Source: an uncultured Rikenella sp. (GTDB lineage: Bacteria; Bacteroidota; Bacteroidia; Bacteroidales; VadinHA17). Taken from it: 64,000 nt of DNA. The notes beneath the pieces are model-generated. The model was not told the origin of the DNA and did not search any database. It saw nothing but the letters and a program-made list of their open reading frames with translations. This document shows positions 63,713-64,000 of this stretch, piece after piece. How positions within the stretch are numbered: position 1 is the first letter of the stretch; every line of letters starts with the position of its first letter. The stretch covers positions 1,375 through 65,374 of the forward strand of contig CAZOHL010000003.1 of assembly GCA_964579645.1 (NCBI GenBank). Reading direction: 5' to 3'. The position numbers and the translations under genes are program-made.

Positions 63713-64000
63713 ATGAAAACAATGACATTGATTATGGGATGCCTGTTGTTAATTTTGTTCTCTTGTGAATATCATCAAGATAATGGAATAACTAGCATTG
63801 ATGACGTAATTGCCTCTGACTATCTGCTTACTGATGATTTGGATGAATACATAAGTCCGTATCAGATAGTAAGATTTACTGGCAAACCAGGAATTACAAC
63901 AATCGAAATTGGTGGTACTGATCTTTCGAAGTACCAACCTTGTTTTGTCCTGTATGTAGCAACAGGAACCACGCCTGAAACGACCGCTACAAGTGCAATA
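63713..64000 (+). CDS. Lipoprotein of unknown function (N-terminal part; continues beyond window)
   Basis: My own translation gives MKTMTLIMGCLLLILFSCEYHQDNGITSIDDVIASDYLLTDDLDEYISPYQIVRF... It has a lipobox (LFSC) and is open to the window end in frame. It is absent from the ORF track because no stop codon is present. The region is visibly more AT-rich than the rest of the window. Confidence 0.55.
   Translation, partial: MKTMTLIMGCLLLILFSCEYHQDNGITSIDDVIASDYLLTDDLDEYISPYQIVRFTGKPGITTIEIGGTDLSKYQPCFVLYVATGTTPETTATSAI

Noticed and set aside
1-64000. A search for CRISPR arrays, tRNA/rRNA genes, transposases, integrases and long direct or inverted repeats.
   Set aside because: Reading the intergenic regions and ORF translations revealed none. 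All gaps over 100 bp look like AT-rich promoter or terminator regions. A systematic repeat or tRNA scan (tRNAscan-SE, Infernal) was not possible here.

Overview
This 64-kb window reads as chromosomal DNA from a Bacteroidota (Bacteroidales-like) genome. The evidence is a SusC/SusD pair, a T9SS C-terminal sorting domain, many lipoprotein signal peptides and TAnnTTTG-type -7 promoter boxes. It is almost fully coding, with about 50 genes. I saw no rRNA, tRNA, CRISPR array, transposase or integrase. All calls come from reading the supplied translations, plus my own translation of the two window-edge ORFs, and recognising family motifs. No database search was run. Layout: (1) 1-3.1 kb holds a minus-strand operon for a [FeFe]-hydrogenase-like Fe-S protein flanked by two DRTGG proteins, a GHKL ATPase/Ser-kinase-like protein and a PHP phosphoesterase, behind a perfect TGTGA-N6-TCACA palindrome. 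(2) 3.1-13.5 kb is peptidase-rich: M28, PepT, DPP-IV, Xaa-Pro aminopeptidase and an S28/S37-like peptidase, interrupted by an uncharacterised gene pair (zinc-ribbon membrane protein plus HxxxDG acyltransferase-like protein). (3) 13.7-20.6 kb holds an RRM RNA-binding protein, two convergent NhaD/ArsB-type transporters, a beta-CASP MBL hydrolase and a DUF47-Pit phosphate transporter pair. (4) 20.6-26.2 kb holds a GH35 enzyme, nrfHA cytochrome c nitrite reductase, pyruvoyl arginine decarboxylase and a NapH-like Fe-S membrane protein. (5) 26.3-40.6 kb is a beta-glucan (laminarin-type) PUL: propeller/Y_Y_Y/LuxR regulator, SusC, SusD, PKD lipoprotein, GH3, GH16, GH30. (6) 40.6-52.4 kb holds a CotH-LTD-T9SS protein, thrB-thrC, anSME, dienelactone hydrolase, a nucleotide-sugar dehydrogenase and a TonB-receptor trio. 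(7) 52.5-55.5 kb holds TauE plus three phospholipid-head-group enzymes. (8) 55.7-63.5 kb is the best candidate for an undescribed system. It is a five-gene operon with three FHA-domain proteins, two Hanks Ser/Thr kinases (one soluble, one membrane-bound non-RD kinase with a roughly 600-aa YD-like repeat ectodomain), a membrane-anchored FHA-trypsin-like protease and a membrane-anchored PP2C phosphatase. It has no transcription-factor output. The last ~400 bp turn visibly AT-rich and start a new lipoprotein gene.
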